The notes: generated by a model from the letters alone, not told the origin. A stretch of DNA of 63,320 nt, filler included, from Piptocephalis cylindrospora (GCA_003614145.1; 5 parts of 5 records of this genome joined end to end with filler, not necessarily neighbours in it), one strand, 5' to 3'; shown: positions 13,220 to 25,479, counted from the first letter of the whole stretch. Translations and numbers: made by a program.

Positions 13220-14024
13220 TCACATTTTGGGGATTCTCAATCGTCGACTCACCATCCCCGCTCCAATGATCCCATAGAGTACAGAAACTGTATGTACAGA
13301 CCCGATCAAAGGGAGGGACGCTGAGGATAAAAGGACCCCATCCAGGCCAATGGACCCTCCAGTCGAAAGAAGAACGACAAGAAGAAGAGAGGTGGGGACG
13401 GGGGTTCCCTCAAAGTACTTTACCTTCCCCGCCTTATCCTTGGGTAGGGAAGCCACCGTGGCATTGTACCGGGCCAGACGAGCCACTGCACATCCCACGA
13501 AAAATGTCAGGAGAAAAGTGTCGAGGACACTACGATAGCCCATGGTAAAGGCCAACATGGCCGGTCCAACCCCAAAGCTGATCTAATAAGGTAGCATGAG
13601 TAGGGAAGCCGAGCGTGGTAAGCTAGATTGTCCCATATATATCCTGCGCATCCCCCATCATGTCTGGTCTTACCAGGTCAGCTAGGGAGTCTAGCTCCTG
13701 TCCTAGTAACGAGCTAGTGTACCTCCACCGAGCAACCCGTCCATCCAGCACGTCAAACATGCCCCCAAGAGGCATGAGCACAGAGGCCCAGACGAGTTCG
13801 GGGCTAAGCGAAACTCTGGATGGGGACTGGGGGGCGGAGGGATGGGCCGACAAATGGGCCAGACAAGCCAGACACGAAAGGAAGCCACAGGCCGCATTGG
13901 AAAGGGTCAGGAGATCAGCGAGATGAAAGGATCTAACCATGGAAAATGCTACGGGGTATTCATCCGTTGGATCCAGGAGCCTTGCTTGCTCATCCCTACG
14001 TTTGTTTTGCTTGGAGGAGGGCAT
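13220..14024 (-). CDS. CHO1: CDP-diacylglycerol--serine O-phosphatidyltransferase
   Basis: CDP-alcohol phosphotransferase motif DVLDGRVARW...GQELDSLADL/ISFGVGP; ARLARYN; FEGTPVP; one intron. Confidence 0.93.
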
Positions 14025-14525
14025 AACTGGACAAGTTGTACCGGTAGACGAGGTGGGGTGAAGAGAGTGAGAGTGATGTAAAGAAGGTGGGAGTGATATG
14101 AGAAGAGAAGAAAGGAGAAGAATGAAATGTAGGAAAGGTACATAGCCATCTCAGTATCGTGGCTCTCGCTTTATACTTTTCTTCCATGACTCGTGCAAAG
14201 GCAAGAGGACTCCATATCGCTCAAGGGAAGGAGCAGTCTGTGCATCTGATCAAAGAGAACGTCATTGCCCTTGGCGTGCATACACTGTGTAAGGCCGCTG
14301 GATTGAGGCATTAGGCCGGGCCATCCTAATCAGCCTCATTAGCACACAATGCGTAAGGCGGTAACACCCGAACTCCGGGTAGGGCCGAGCAACATCAGAC
14401 TCGTGTGTGGCTCTCGAAAACGGCGGTGTGGCCATTGATTGACGAGGTTGCCCCGCTGTGTCGTGGAGAGGGTGATTTCACCCTCGCCTTCCCCTCCTCT
14501 TCCCTTCCTCCCTCAGTACACAACA

Positions 14526-15019
14526 ATGTCATCAAAGAACTCCTCCACCATGAGTGTTACCATCAAAGGGTAAGACCCCAGGGCAGGAAGAGCCACGCCA
14601 CGCCACTCATCCATTGCCCTACTTAGGTGGACCCCGGTTGGGGTATGGAAGTGGGATGTCGGGGACAAGGAGGACGATGTCTGCGGCATCTGTAGAATCC
14701 CATTTGAAGGCTGTTGCTCTCAATGCTCGGAACCCGGAGATGCCTGCCCAGTCGGTAAGCGCAGAAATCCCATAGGATAGCCAGGATAGAAGGGATGAGC
14801 TAACATGGGTCGTGATATCCCATCTACCTTTCTCCTTAGTTGTTGGAATGTGTACACATGCCTACCATGAGCACTGCATCAACTCATGGTTAAAGACAAA
14901 GAACCACTGCCCAATGGACCGAATCCCTTGGGGTAAGTTCCTCTTTGGAAGGAAAAGACAGACCCTAGGTCTATCTCACTGTACATCTTTTAGAACTGAA
15001 GAAAACAAAGACAAACTGA
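14526..15019 (+). CDS. APC11: Anaphase-promoting complex subunit 11 (RING-H2)
   Basis: Four exons give SVTIKG/WTPVGVWKWD...CGICRIPFEGCCSQCSEPGDACPV/VVGMCTHAYHEHCINSWL...CPMDRIPW. Confidence 0.88.
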
Positions 15020-15810
15020 TGAAGGACCTGTGAGAACCTGCCTTTGTGGGACATGCGGGATGTATGGATAGGCCAGAATAGGTGGTATATTGAATGATGC
15101 ATAAAAGGACCAAAAGGAGTATTCATGGCTTGATGAACAAATATTTGCTAGGGGTCCTTGGAAACTACTTGCTCGCTGGGGCAGTCTAAAGAGAGAGGAG
15201 ACAGGTAATTTTTAGGCAAATTTGTATTATTTTGGATGGTAGACGAAGTGGCTGTAGAATGTCTGGGATACTCAATATACCTAGTGTATTCATCCCTTCT
15301 TCCCTGCATTGTAGCTTTTGCGCTGCTCGATACCCTGCTGGTTTTACAATCGGAATGTTGAAAAGGGAACGTGGAGAGCGAATAGCGAGGAGATATGGAC
15401 AGAGCGGATGAACAAAAGTGCGTGATAGATATCCCTCTAATTTATATATCGGACAAAGGACGAACCTCTCCCAAAGGTACTTTTGCATGCTTCTTCAGGC
15501 AAAAGAGTCGATTTTTAATCGAGATAAAAGGGCTTATATTCCTTTTTTTTGGCTCCTCATCGCCTGACCAAATACATTTCTCGGCACGTCTGCCCTAATG
15601 AAGCCCCAGGGAAGAGCCCATTCTCTCAGGTTGGGCTCACGCCCTGCTACCGCCATCGTCAGCATTCATCCCTGTACAGCAATTGCTATGTATAAAGAGT
15701 GTCACCAGGCCGTAGCTATCCGAAGAATCCGCCTGATTTCAGGGTTCATAGTAGATCACGTCCACTTCTTCATCTACCGTACCCGAATGGTCAATATTAT
15801 TCCCAGCTAG

Positions 15811-16626
15811 CTATTTCTCTGCTTCCGTAGAAATATCATCCTTGCCCTGGTCCAGCTGTTCAAGTATTTCTTGAATCCTGATCACAAGAGTTTTTCTCAT
15901 CTCACGTACCTGACGATCCTCCACTTGATCCAACCTCATCAAAAGTTGAAGGAGCTCCTCCTCCTTGACTTGAAGAAAGTTCCGAGGAACAGAGGATGGG
16001 CTCTCATTATCACCCATTTGGAGAGATCTCCTCCAATCATCAATATCCTTCTCGATCCTTTTAGACTCGCGAGATATTTTCGAAAGCAAGAAAAGGGACG
16101 GCAGGGCATGAGCCAGTCGACGACGAAGGAGGAAGGCCTTGGCTGACCGGGTAAGAATGATCGATGCTTCTTGAATGCCCATAGGAGTCCTCCTTTGGAG
16201 TGACGTATTATGCGCAACTTGGTAATACGAAGGGGCGAGAAAAGAGGATGGGATCCCTGAAGACCTTGGATAGCATACAGGGGACTTTATACCCTCTTGT
16301 TGCTGAAGTACAAGGGCCAGGAGTCGATGGCGATCCATATCCTCCCGGTACATAGACTCTTGGTGCTCAAAATAGCGTTGAAGATGGTGAATACGGGCTT
16401 GGCGCTCCTCCTCCCATTGTTGCTGGTAATAAGGGTATCCATGGTGGGGGATTTGTAGAGCAGCATGGTTCATGGCAACCGCATTTCCCCATCTATTGGT
16501 ACGATACCTTTTCCCATACGGAATGAGATCGTCCCTTATAGTGTCTGTGTGGATAGGCCATCCCGGATTTCTCCTGAACACCAAGTGATGTGGTGGAAAT
16601 GAAGGTTGAAGTACGATGAGTGGCAT
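15811..16626 (-). CDS. BAG-domain co-chaperone with an IQ-like motif
   Basis: C-terminal EEELLQLLMRLDQVEDRQVREMRKTLVIRIQEILEQLD (BAG helices); IILTRSAKAFLLRR is IQ-like; TATAAAAG about 100 bp upstream. Confidence 0.75.
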   Translation of the reverse strand: MPLIVLQPSFPPHHLVFRRNPGWPIHTDTIRDDLIPYGKRYRTNRWGNAVAMNHAALQIPHHGYPYYQQQWEEERQARIHHLQRYFEHQESMYREDMDRHRLLALVLQQQEGIKSPVCYPRSSGIPSSFLAPSYYQVAHNTSLQRRTPMGIQEASIILTRSAKAFLLRRRLAHALPSLFLLSKISRESKRIEKDIDDWRRSLQMGDNESPSSVPRNFLQVKEEELLQLLMRLDQVEDRQVREMRKTLVIRIQEILEQLDQGKDDISTEAEK

Positions 16627-16998
16627 TTTGTGTGCTGTTCGACGGTGGAGGATGAGTTGATTTGAGGATGGAGAAGATGTAGTTTTCTTGACGAGAAATA
16701 ATGAAAGAGCACCTTTCCTCTATTCTTTTATACATGTTCTATGCTAAAAGTGATATCCATTTTGGATGACACATCCCAATGCAAAGCTGTCTGCTTCGAT
16801 CTACATGTGATTGCTTTGTTCTGTTATGGAGAGCCTTCCCTAAGAATTAACACAGAATTGGACGCTTCTCGGTGATTCCAGTAAGACCTCGCCCCTTCTC
16901 TATGTAATTGTGTGGAGAGCGTGTGCTCACGTAAGCCCTCATCCTATATACTTGTGCACCAACTGGCTGTTGTGCTGTTAAAATTAAAAAATATCATT

Positions 16999-17070
16999 AG
17001 GTCCTGCTGGGAATTGAACCCAGATTATGAGAGTCAGAGTCTCATGTGCTAACCATTACACTACAGGACC
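16999..17070 (-). tRNA. tRNA-Gln(CTG)
   Basis: GGTCCTGTAGTGTAATGGTTAGCAC...TGAGA-CTCTGAC-TCTCA...GGTTCAATTCC...CAGGACCT cloverleaf, T-run terminator downstream. Confidence 0.95.
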
Positions 17071-17256
17071 AATGGTTTTTGGATTTTTTTTAGTCATTCA
17101 TAAAATAATGTAACTTTTTTGAACGTCTAGGTTTGGCCCAGGATGACGTTTGTTTGAAGTGGATCCGCATGCACTGGAAGGAAAGTCCTTTCTTGGGTAA
17201 GCAGTAATTCGCCTACCTCCTTTACACTTTATAAAGAACCGCCTTCTTTGTCAGCC

Positions 17257-17771
17257 ATGTCCTCCAGAATCAGAGCCCTCATCGAAAAGGCGATTCAAAG
17301 TAACCCTGTTACAGTAGGTGCTATTTGTTGGATGTCCGCTTTCCTGAGTTCCCCATCCTCACCCTCCTGTCTCTTCGCAGATATTCAGTAAAACAACTTG
17401 CGGGTATGTTTCTTTACGCATGTGATTCATTTGTCGTCTAATATCTACCTCCGTACGTAGATACTGCATGCAGGCCAAGAGCACGCTAGAGTATGAGCAT
17501 ATCAAGTATAAGGCCATCGAATTGGACCAAATGGGTAAGTGGACTCTCTTTCGGGGTGGATGGGGTATTACAACCCGTAAGATATATTAGGTCTCATTTT
17601 TCTATGAGAGGAGTAGAGGAAGGTCGAGAAATTCAAGAGGGGTTAAAGAGTATGACGGGACAATCCACCGTTCCCAACATCTTTATTCGCGGTCGGCATC
17701 TGGGTGGATTTTCGGACCTGGAGAGGGCCGAGGACACGGGGAAGCTGAGTCAATGGCTCGAGGTCAAGTGA
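17257..17771 (+). CDS. Dithiol glutaredoxin
   Basis: Spliced IFSKTTCG/YC (CGYC active site), TGQSTVPNIFI, GGFSDL; three introns; TATAAAG near 17230. Confidence 0.92.
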
Positions 17772-17949
17772 ATTATCGTGGGAAGGACTGTGTTGATGGT
17801 ATGGATACGTACAGGGTTTAACAATGTCCAGGAATATCATCCAAGAAATAAACATGTGTTGTGTAAAGCCTTTCCGAAGATTTCCGGTAATTCCCTCCAC
17901 CCTTCTCCCCGTCGCAACTCCTTATCTCCCAAAATAGGAATGGCGCTGG

Positions 17950-19129
17950 TCAATTTAAAATGGGAGGAGCAGCATCGACGAGCATCCTCTTGATCATCCT
18001 ACCCCAAGAATCACCTCCACCCGGTAGTGAAATCTATAAGATTAGTGAGCGAGAGGGAGTGATGAGCTGTAGTGAAATGTATTTTATAGAAAATTAATCT
18101 CACCTGAAAGGGGAAGGGGTTTACATCGGATGTAGTGATGATAGGGACATGGTCCCGACGCTCCTCGCATAGCCGAAGCACCTCACCCAGGGCCTGCCGA
18201 AGGCTGGCTGCAGAGATGGCGCGATCTTTGGATCTATCCTTTTCGGTGACAGGCCAGGAGACAGTAATAGTGAGGAGCCATTGTTCCCAGCAGACATCGG
18301 TATCGGATTTACCAAACCAGGCGCTCCGATGCTTCTTTTCAAAGAAGAAGACGGCTAGTTGAACCCGAGTGGGTAGGTGTTTTATGGAGGAAGAGGACCT
18401 TCGGTGAGCGGAAGGATGGGGTGAGGAGGATTTTGGGGTTGAGGTAAGGATGACACCTGGTGGGGTGGATGAGAGTGTTGATGGGGCGGAAGGACTTGCT
18501 CCTGGGCTCTGATGAGAAGAGGAGGATGAGGAAGATGATGATGAGGTAATGGAGGAGGAGGAAGGCTGAGCGGACAAAGAGACCGCCGAGGAAGATGAGG
18601 GAATCCGAACATGGGATGGCCCCCTGGATCGCTGCTGGATTTCTGTAAAGGCCTGAGGGGCCATGACGTCGGCCTTCGTGGTAAGAAGGCGGATCTTGTC
18701 CTCAATCTTCTTACCTACATCTGAATCCTCTACGGATGGCTAAAGGTTCAAGAGAGATAGGGACGGGTGAGTAAGAGCGGGGGTGAGTGGGGAGGTGGTA
18801 CGTACATAGGTAAGATCAAGAGTATCCAATTCAAGTGGAGTAACCAAGGAAAAGATGCGATGGAATAGAATGGTATGAAGGATAGCTATAACGGTAGAGG
18901 GTACAATCAGTACAAGCACGGACGCTAGCTAGGAAAATCAAAAGCTATTCTTTTCCTAGCCACATGACTTACCTCGGACTGCCTCCTTGAAATGGGGTCT
19001 ATCTACCGTCTGAGATGAGGGAAAAGGGAATCAGGGCTTGGGGCGATGAAGAAGGCCGTCTTCTCCCGAAGTTATCCACTTCATCACATATCTTACCAGC
19101 TCCAAGGAAAAGACCTCGGGTCCGTGCAT
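17950..19129 (-). CDS. ATG101: Autophagy-related protein 101 (HORMA)
   Basis: AILHTILFHRIF, FFEKKHRSAWF (WF finger), CWEQW, HVPIITTSDVNPFPFQ; long Ser-rich insertion; several introns. Confidence 0.92.
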
Positions 19130-19709
19130 ACTATCTACAATAAAGAGTATTGGTTAATGTGCTTGATAGGAAGGAAAAGGAAGGGAAAGAGGAGGTGAGG
19201 TGGAGATGGTCTGAAGTAGCTGTTGTTGTTGAGAGAAGAGCTTGAGTCTTTAGAGGTTGTCAACTTGTGACCACGAGCGACTTGAGACTCCTTACAAGCT
19301 GGGAGGATAGAGGATGAACAGGGATTGAGAGTGAGAAAGAGGGAGGGCACTGCGGAGTGGAATTGACCTGGGATAGACAGTCCTCTGTCGGCAGCATGTC
19401 ACCCTATATTCGTGCCCAGAGGAGGAAGCAGCCCTACAGTGTGTATATACAAGTAAACTCACCATGTCAAAGTCCATCATATGCATAGAGGACATGACGG
19501 GAAATGGCTGAGAAAAGCGTAATAATTGGGATTTTTAAGGAATTCTCTAAAAAAAAGTCGCTCTCCATGACATGGTAGATACATATTATTAAGTCATATT
19601 GTTATTATTATTAAGAGATAGCATGATGAGATGCGACTAAAGGACGTCTTTTACTCTCTACCTTCTCTCCTCACAATCAAAGATCGGGAATGTACATGAG
19701 CATAAAGAA

Positions 19710-20180
19710 TTACACCGTGGTCCTCCAAGAAGAGTTGGAGGTAATGTCCTGGGTATAAAGGCTAGGAGGGGCATCCCGGGCACTGGGCTGTGGGGCGGGA
19801 GGGATTCCTTGGGGAACCTTGACCATATCCACTCGATATCCATTCTGGCTCGGATCATCCTGTACCTTAAAGTCATCTTCGTCTAGGTAGCCGGTCCTTA
19901 GGCCCCTATCGGGATATGCATGAGTTCGCAAACGCGTGCCATCCTCATTAACCCGTACAGATCCCTTGAACCGGGATACAAGGGTATAGATGGTCAGGGA
20001 GAAACACCACCAGACGAAGCTTCCAACGATGATCCAGGCTATAGAAGCATGGAAGCTCCAGAGAAAGACAGCAGGAAAAACCAGTGTACATGCTAGGAGG
20101 AGGAGTCGAAGGAAGATTGCAAGGAAACCTCGCATACGAGCCCTTCTTTCACCCGGGTTGGATGGCTGATGGATTGGCAT
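19710..20180 (-). CDS. Hypothetical two-TM membrane protein
   Basis: 156-aa ATG ORF with two hydrophobic helices and a Pro-rich tail (DAPPSLY). Confidence 0.6.
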   Translation of the reverse strand: MPIHQPSNPGERRARMRGFLAIFLRLLLLACTLVFPAVFLWSFHASIAWIIVGSFVWWCFSLTIYTLVSRFKGSVRVNEDGTRLRTHAYPDRGLRTGYLDEDDFKVQDDPSQNGYRVDMVKVPQGIPPAPQPSARDAPPSLYTQDITSNSSWRTTV

Positions 20181-20760
20181 ATGGTCTGATGGAATGGGTG
20201 TGCGTGAGAGAGGGGGAAAGGAAGAAAGTGATTAGAGCTAGGTGTATGAGATGGATTTACTCTGTAAGGGTGGCTTATCTATATAGTAATCCATCTACCT
20301 CATAATAATACATCTAACTTCACACTCGAGGGGTAAGGGACTACTGAAAAAAGCTTGAAAGACTAATGGGTCCTGTGTAGAGCAATACTGTGGATGATGA
20401 TTTACTCCTGCGTTGTGTATTGTTTGGAAGGATCATTAAACCTGGCCGCTTCCCCGGTGCGTCATCCTCATCAGTGACACTGTCATATAGATATCGTTGT
20501 TTCACCCAGGATAAAGACGAGGTATAATGCATCGAAATCACTCTTGACGCCTACCATGGTTCATCAGAAAGTGTAGTCATCCGAGACAAGTGATGCTTCC
20601 CATAAGCCCTGGAGCTTACGAAGGCGTGCTGTGTGAAACGCATTAAATATAGTATTAGGTCATCACACAAACCTGTCATTCAATACACCCACAGCTTATT
20701 GATAAACGGACTTGACCTCACCTTGTACTCTTCTTCTCTTAAATATCCTCAACACACATC

Positions 20761-21508
20761 ATGTTTGGTTGTCTTGCTGCCGGTCGCTTGGTAAGCCCTG
20801 CTCATCTCATCTCTCCTCGCTAGCACGACTCATCTCTCCTCGAGCCAGGTGCAAACGGAGATGCAACAAGTAGAAGAGACCAAATGGGTGGTACCTTTAC
20901 CGGATGCCCGATCCATCAACCATTTGGTCGTTTTCCTCCTGGGAACCGTGCCCTTTCCCCCCGGGTACGCAGCTACCGTACACCTTGAGTGGCCCGGACA
21001 ATCGTGGAAGTATCTTGGGGTCCTGTCCAACGAAAAACCCAGTGCTATCTTCCGTATCCGTGGCACCGGGGCTGTGCCTTCCTCGGGGAACCCGACGGTA
21101 CGGCAGGAGGAGGAGGAGGAGGCGATGATCTTAGAGGAGGATCCTGTGCCCGAAACGGCCATACTGGGGATTTCGGTGCAATTAGCCTCGACCATCCCAC
21201 CTCCCACGACCATTTCGACTGCAGCACCTACAGGCACATCCAATAGCCTAGTCCCCCTTTCCTCCTCCTCGATTCCTTCAGCCCAAGGCATTGTTCAGGC
21301 TTTGCTGAAGCACCTGTACAATTATGCCTCATCCTTCATTACAATGGACCCTGCCACGGAAGAGATGCAGTCCACAACGCCTACGGGAGGTTGGATACCC
21401 GCCCGAGTTTTTCAAGATTGGTTTAGTGTGGTTGAACGCAAGATCCGGGCCAATCCTTCCTATCTTGGCACAATGTCTTCTTCCTCTGGGGATGAACGAA
21501 CTTTATGA
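20761..21508 (+). CDS. OPI10: Hikeshi/Opi10 family Hsp70 nuclear import carrier
   Basis: MFGCLAAGRL/VQT...INHLVVFLLGTVPFPPGYAATVH...LGVLSNEKPSAIFR...LYNYASSF; one intron. Confidence 0.93.
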
Positions 21509-22422
21509 AGACGCTAATAGAAGAGAGTATGACATGCTCCATTGTCTACTAGAGTATAGAGTGTGGTGGGGTCAGAAGGCCTCTTCATAAGAGAGAAAGA
21601 GCCAGAGTGAGGCTGCAAGGAGATAGTGTGGATAGAAGCAAGTGAGATTGGAAGGCTTACTCTCCTTCCTGCTTGTTCCTCTCGGCCAACAATGCATCGT
21701 TCTCTTGAAGCAATGCGTAACATCACCTGCTTTCTAGCTGGAGGGTAAAACGTGATATGGGAATGCTCTTCTGAATATATTGTCTATTCGTCATACTAGC
21801 CGCCAAAGTTTCCAAGCATACCTCGAGAGGTGTTTGGTGTCAAGTGGGATATATGCAACGTATTGTATGGGACATTTCCTAGTTGCTTCATTGGTGCCCA
21901 TCCGACTTGTCACGCCAAATAGACCAATGGTCTTGCTTTGTGCTCCTCTGGGCGCCTCGCTTGCTTATTGGAGAGTGAAGGTTTCGCGGCGAACATACTG
22001 ATCTTCGCATACATGTGTCGCCTTTGCAAGACCGAGTGTGGCAGCTATGGCGATGAGGATGGCTCAAAATGGGACATCACTTATGCCCCCGACATGTCTT
22101 GAAACGAGCCCCTTCCTGGTTAAATCATTGATCAGCTGCGTTCAAAAGTCATACACTTACACTGAATTGATGAATAGAAAGATCGTTACACACTCCCCTT
22201 TTCTAAAACGATGAGCTCCTGCTTTTGATCCATGCCTATTCCTCTTTCCTGTACTGGATGCTCTATCCTCCACGTTGACTCCATGAAACAAGCTGGTGCA
22301 TTAGCCGTCCTAGATCTGGACCCCTAACGTCTCAGAGTCGGTCACCATTTTGAGGATCCTCAATGGAGGCAGCCTCTTGAGATAAACGCCATAGGAAAGA
22401 TCAAGGTGGACCATAAGCGGGC

Positions 22423-22480
22423 ATGGGATGGGATGGGATGGGATGAGATGAGATGGGATGGGATGAGATGAGATGGAATG
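22423..22480. repeat. (GGGAT/GAGAT)n pentanucleotide microsatellite
   Basis: About 11 imperfect tandem units just upstream of a TATAAATA element. Confidence 0.85.
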
Positions 22481-22671
22481 AGAACGTGTATAAATATAGG
22501 GGATGAAGTAGGTCTCCCATTCTATTTTCCTTGAATCCCCCATCCAAACCACCCTTCACCCCACTCTCATCCTTGTATCTCAATCCATTCCTGGGCCGGT
22601 CCCTCGAACACATCCACATCCACACTCACACACCTTCTACCCCGTCATCCTTGGCCCAAAGCACCATCAAC

Positions 22672-23091
22672 ATGCGTTACTCCACCCTTGCCCTTCTTGG
22701 CCTTCTCCTTGCTGCCACGGCCATGGCCTCTCCCCAGCCTGGTGGCTATGCTCCCTCATACCTTCAACGTCGTGGGGATGGCGGAAACGGTGGAAACGGG
22801 GGTAACGGAGCTGGTACCGGGAATGGAGGGAATGGAGGGAGTGGAGGAGATGGCAGTGGAAATGGAAATGGAGGCAGTGGTGGTGATGGTGGGAGCTCAG
22901 GGGGTGGAGGAGCTCCTCCTCCTCCTCCTCCTCCTCCTCCTCCTTCCTCAACGGAAGCCATTCCTGTGGAGCTTCCCCCCCCCTGCTATCACCCCCTAGT
23001 AGTGCTGGCCCCATTGGGGATCCGGGAAATCCCAACTAGTCTGTTCCAATCCTACCACTATCCAACTTGGTCTCTAGAGCCAAAGAATTAA
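22672..23091 (+). CDS. Secreted Gly-rich, polyproline-containing protein
   Basis: Signal peptide MRYSTLALLGLLLAATAMA, LQRR dibasic site, GGNGGNGG repeats, P10 tract; C-terminal frame uncertain because of C-runs. Confidence 0.72.
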   Translation: MRYSTLALLGLLLAATAMASPQPGGYAPSYLQRRGDGGNGGNGGNGAGTGNGGNGGSGGDGSGNGNGGSGGDGGSSGGGGAPPPPPPPPPPSSTEAIPVELPPPCYHPLVVLAPLGIREIPTSLFQSYHYPTWSLEPKN

Positions 23092-23744
23092 TCGGCTTGT
23101 TTGCATTCATTTTCCCCACAATGGTTTCTGATGTACGAAACTATCGTTGGCGATCAAGGAATACACATTCCCTTTCCTCTCTTCCTCAGTGAAAAGGAAT
23201 GAAATGTATTGAAGCAGGCCTTCAAAATATTCAGTTCTCTTTGCCATACCTTGCTTGACCCTTTTTAACATGTGATTGATTGATTAATAAAACCTTTATA
23301 TTTTTCCTCAGTAGAGTAGACCGCTAGGCATCCAGACACATAGCTCGCCTAAATAGGTCAGTATCCTTTTTAACATGTGTGGCAGACTCTGAGTATTAAT
23401 ATTATTTTCATCATTGATTAGATGATCAATTTTATGAAGAACAAAGTTGATGAGTCATAAAGAAACCTTCTTGAATTGGGAAAGAAGTATCATTAGCTGT
23501 GTCATTGTAAGGTGTGCGATGATCCCGATAATCCTGGCTGTGCAAGGAACAAGTAATGATAGTAGTATTAAACCCAAAAGAGCGCCCTATCCTGCCCATC
23601 ACCATCGCAACCACCACAAGACGAAGATTCCTTCGTACATGAAGGCCGTTTGTTGCATGGGGATCGATTCTCCTGGAAGAGATAGAGAGAATCATCAATA
23701 TTATCCCCCCTCCCTCACCTTTCCTCTCCATCCCAGCAGACTGC

Positions 23745-24985
23745 TCAGCTAGCCATGCCAAAACATGACAATACCCCGGATCCTCCATTGCTACCGGACA
23801 TGGCTCCAAGTGTCCCGGCTTCCCTACCTCCAGGAGGGAATGTGAGAAGAAGAGAGGGAAGAAGAGTCAGTCAGGACGGATCCTTTCCTCGAGGTCCAGG
23901 GACATCCATACAGGATGTAAACCAGCCCTTACCTCTTGTTAAAGGTCCTGTTCAGTAGGTGAATCAGTTTACCGACATTAAGGTGCACATACTCTAGATC
24001 CAACATTTGGACACCATCTTGTTGCTATTAGGAGGAAAAGTGGGATGGGTAAGATTATTGTAAGGCTTGACGCACTTCTCTCTTCCCACTCGACTCACCT
24101 TCTCCAGTAGATCATCCAACTTGAGATCCATCTCCAAGATGGCCTTATCTCGACCCTTGTAATGAAGGGATATGATAAAGGTGCCGGGAAGGGGAGACCG
24201 GATATTAAAATAGATGTTGGCCCTTCGGGTCTCCGGGACATTGCTCTCGGCAATGACACCATCCCGTTCAAGGGAGACATGGGAGAACTTGAAGGGGCCT
24301 TGGCCAATAGAATTGGCCTTTTTCTTCTCCGTGGCACTTCCTCCGCTTTGGACCCGAACGTTCTGAAGGTAGGCTTTGTAGTCCTCCAACTGACCACGGA
24401 GATAGTCATTGTGATCGCAGATAGTCTTATAGACAGCACCAAGGGAGTGGTACTCCTCCTTGACTTTGTCTCGAAGACTACCGAGATGCTGAAGCTCGTG
24501 TCGAACCTCTTCGGTGAGTAGCTTATAATTATCAGACCTTTGGACCACACCCAGTTCCTCTAACTCCCTAAGCATCTCGGCGACCTTGATGCCCTTCCGA
24601 ACGAGAGTGGCATCCTTGGAAGTGGCAGACATTTCCGCGACGGAGGGTAGGACAATGCCCGAGGTCTTACGAGCCAAGGAGGGCATGGAACGAATGAGCT
24701 GGACAAAGATGGACTTGACCTCCATGAAGAGGAGATCGGATTGGGTCAGGCTATTTTCCCCGGTCAGAACATTGGCCTCACTGATGGGCATTTCCCAACG
24801 AGAGAAGAGGGGTAGGTCAATGGTCTTATTCTCGGACCGGCCCACAAGGACAGGAGCAGTGCCCAAGTCGGAGAGGAGGACGTGGAGGTGATCATCGGAA
24901 CCGCGGGTTAGGTCACCTTGGTGCTTGAGGAGGAGGGCATGAGTATTGTAGATTTCGTTGAGAGTGATAGAGATGTTGATTTCCC
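23745..24985 (-). CDS. Ras GTPase-activating protein, C-terminal part (Gap1/IQGAP-type RasGAP_C); 5' part missing
   Basis: ITLNEIYNTHALLL, YKTICDHNDYLRGQLEDYKAYLQNVR, GPFKFSH, LKLDDLLEK/QQDGVQMLDLEYV. Ends at 23929, or at 23745 if a further intron is spliced. Confidence 0.85.
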
Positions 24986-25479
24986 CCTCCTCCCATCCTC
25001 GTCTCACCCCAGAGCAGAAACACACACTGGTGCACACACTGGTACACACACACACTCCACGACCACATCGCCTGCATTCACCCAGTCTCCAACCCAGCCA
25101 GCCCCGCCTGGTCCCCCGCCATCATTACCCACACTGGTCCGCTGCTCCCAGGTGTTTCTTGGCCTACTTATCAGCTTCACACGTCCAGTCCATCCGCTCT
25201 CCAGCTTCCCCTCTTTTTTCTTCCTTTATTCTTCCCCCAACTCTTGTCCACCCTTCTCCTCCTCCTCTTAACTGCTCCTCCCCCTCCTCCACCCATTTCG
25301 ACCTCACGCTGTCATCCCCCCCATTCACCCCACCCTAGGTCACCGCCTCTCCTCTACCCCCCCCACTTCCCTAGTCAAATAGCCCCCTCCTCCCCCATTC
25401 CTTCATCTATCCGTCGAGCCCTTGTCGAGTGTACCCTTCCCTATCCCGAGTCGGCTTTTCTTTCTTCCCTTTCCCTCCC

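Noticed and set aside
17257..17993. Selenocysteine or readthrough in glutaredoxin (long open frame after TGA)
   Set aside because: The active site is CGYC, the protein is complete at the stop, and the context TGA-ATT is not a readthrough motif.
23447..23752. ORF with ETFLNWERS resembling DUF202/VTC1
   Set aside because: The resemblance is very short and the expected further TM helices are absent.
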